Shown: positions 30,600 through 32,000 of the stretch, one piece after another
Layout: every line of letters begins with the position of its first letter
Numbering within the stretch: the first letter of the stretch is position 1
Assembly (NCBI RefSeq): GCF_021378375.1
Contig: NZ_CP076228.1
Coordinates: 510,001-542,000, forward strand
DNA from: Wolbachia endosymbiont of Drosophila innubila
GTDB taxonomy: Bacteria > Pseudomonadota > Alphaproteobacteria > Rickettsiales > Anaplasmataceae
DNA length: 32,000 nucleotides
Direction of reading: 5' to 3'
The notes under the pieces: generated by a model
Seen by the model: only the letters and a program-made list of their open reading frames with translations
Database searches by the model: none
Told to the model about the DNA's origin: nothing
Translations under genes and position numbers: made by a program

Positions 30600-32000
30600 A
30601 TGGATATTTATTGTTCACAAAGAAATGGACATTATAAATTATTAGGGAAGAAAGAACAATTAAGAACTCAACTCCTATCAAATATAAGGTCATGTCTTTC
30701 TTATTTACTGCCAAGAGGAACTTTTCGTGGTGATAAGTTCTATGTAGGTGATCTACAAGGCAATAAAGGACAAAGTATGATAGTGGAGTTAACTGGCAGT
30801 AAAGCCGGATTATGGCATGATTTTTCTACCGAAGAAGGAGGAGATATTTTTGATCTTTGGGCTGCTGTTACTGGAAAAAATCAATTTACTGATACGATAG
30901 AAGATATTGCTAAGTGGATTGGTTATTCGGAAAAAAATAACACTCTGGGGCAACCAACGGCATCATGGAACTATTACGATGAAAGTGATCAAGTGATTGT
31001 TACAGTTTATCGTTATAACACTGATTCAGGAAAAAGATATCTTCCTTTTGATGTAAAAAGGTCTAGTTTTACTCTACCAGAGACCAGGCCTTTATATAAT
31101 ATTCCAGGTATCGTGAAATCTGATAAGGTGATTTTAGTTGAAGGTGAAAAGTGTGCAGATGCTCTGATAGAGCAAGGTATGACTGCCACAACTGCAATGT
31201 TAGGAGCAAATGCACCAATAGAAAAAACAGACTGGTCACCACTTAAGGGCAAGCATGTTATTATTTGGCCAGACAATGATGAACCAGGTAAACAATATGC
31301 TGAGAAAGTTGTGAAAAAGCTTACTTTTCTTAGTGTTTTATCACTTACTCTTCTTGAAATACCGGAGAATAAACCAAAGGGATGGGATTCAGCTGATGGT
31401 ATAGAAGAAAAGATGAATATTCCTGAATTCATTGAAAATAACTCGAAAAAAATCATCGTTAAGCAATTGCTTAATATTCAAGAATGGAGCGTAGAACGTT
31501 TTATAGGTCCAGTACCGGAGCAAAAGTTTCTTGTTGAAGGGTTATTTCCTTTAGGAGTGACATCTATTCTAGCTGCAATGGGAGATACTGGTAAAGGTAT
31601 GCTTCTGCTTGATTTAGCACTGAAAGTTGCGAGTAGAAAAGATCAGCCATGTGGTTTTGGTCCTTTAGTTACTGAACATGGATCTGTTGTAATATTCTCT
31701 GCAGAAGATGATATGAGTGAAATACATCGTCGTTTAGAGCGTCTTGACTCACAATGCGAGAGATTAAAATATAAGGATAGGCTCTTTATTGTACCATTAC
31801 CAAATGTTAGTGGATCACTTACAATCATAAAGAGTGTTTCAGGTAAAGTTATAGAGACTTCTCCTGAATTTGAATTGATAACAAAACAACTTAATAAAAT
31901 AAAAAACTTAAAATTAATCGTATTTGATCCACTTGCATCATTTGTGCACGCTGATTTAAATACTGACCCAGCCGTAGGCGATTATTTGATGTCTTTATTA
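30600..32000 (+). CDS. Phage RepA-like primase-helicase (primase/Toprim + AAA_25), 3' end outside window
   Basis: ATG at 30600, open to the window end (absent from the ORF track because there is no stop). LSNIRSCLSYLLPRGTFRGDKFYVGD..., KAGLWHDFSTEEGGDIFDLW, Toprim-like VILVEGEKCADALIEQG and HVIIWPDNDEPGKQYA, Walker A AAMGDTGKGMLLLDLAL, Walker B LIVFDPLAS. Confidence 0.88.
   Translation, partial: MDIYCSQRNGHYKLLGKKEQLRTQLLSNIRSCLSYLLPRGTFRGDKFYVGDLQGNKGQSMIVELTGSKAGLWHDFSTEEGGDIFDLWAAVTGKNQFTDTIEDIAKWIGYSEKNNTLGQPTASWNYYDESDQVIVTVYRYNTDSGKRYLPFDVKRSSFTLPETRPLYNIPGIVKSDKVILVEGEKCADALIEQGMTATTAMLGANAPIEKTDWSPLKGKHVIIWPDNDEPGKQYAEKVVKKLTFLSVLSLTLLEIPENKPKGWDSADGIEEKMNIPEFIENNSKKIIVKQLLNIQEWSVERFIGPVPEQKFLVEGLFPLGVTSILAAMGDTGKGMLLLDLALKVASRKDQPCGFGPLVTEHGSVVIFSAEDDMSEIHRRLERLDSQCERLKYKDRLFIVPLPNVSGSLTIIKSVSGKVIETSPEFELITKQLNKIKNLKLIVFDPLASFVHADLNTDPAVGDYLMSLL

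Noticed and set aside
31013-31828. Minus-strand ORFs 31013-31456 and 31643-31828
   Set aside because: They lie antisense to the open RepA-like frame starting at 30600, which has Toprim and Walker motifs. The real gene was missed by the ORF track because it runs off the window end.

Overview
AT-rich alphaproteobacterial DNA that looks like a Wolbachia-type genome carrying a WO-like prophage (inferred from protein content; no database search was possible). About 1-15.5 kb is a chromosomal backbone: rmuC, an AEC-family transporter, a Bcr/CflA-type MFS transporter, prfA, engB/ysxC, argB, dut, nusB, ribH, yidC, a retropepsin-like protease and secF. It is interspersed with degraded insertion sequences (IS256-like stub, IS3-like, IS5-like) and small hairpin repeats. 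About 15.7-32 kb is a decaying prophage. Its leftward block holds a RuvC-like resolvase, a ParB/DNA-methylase, a Nu1-like protein, an ankyrin-repeat protein, the GpA terminase, GpW, the lambda-type portal and an S49/gpC protease. That block ends abruptly at a group II intron. Its rightward block holds a sigma-70-like factor, a RecA-like NTP-binding protein, a DUF669-like protein and several RepA/primase/AAA cassettes. The most interesting observation is a near-identical 39/40-bp non-coding element (AATTGCGGACGAATT-N5/6-GTCATCGTACATATATATT) present in inverted orientation at 26063-26101 and 27131-27170. The copies flank the phage sigma-factor gene, and each sits directly upstream of one divergent phage transcription unit, so they look like candidate promoters for a phage-encoded sigma factor. 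Other notable points are a mosaic duplication of the RepA-type ATPase with a copied DUF669 5' end, premature TAA codons in phage genes (one at an apparent Gln position), an apparent ACG start on the RuvC-like gene, and a group II intron whose two exons do not appear to form one gene.
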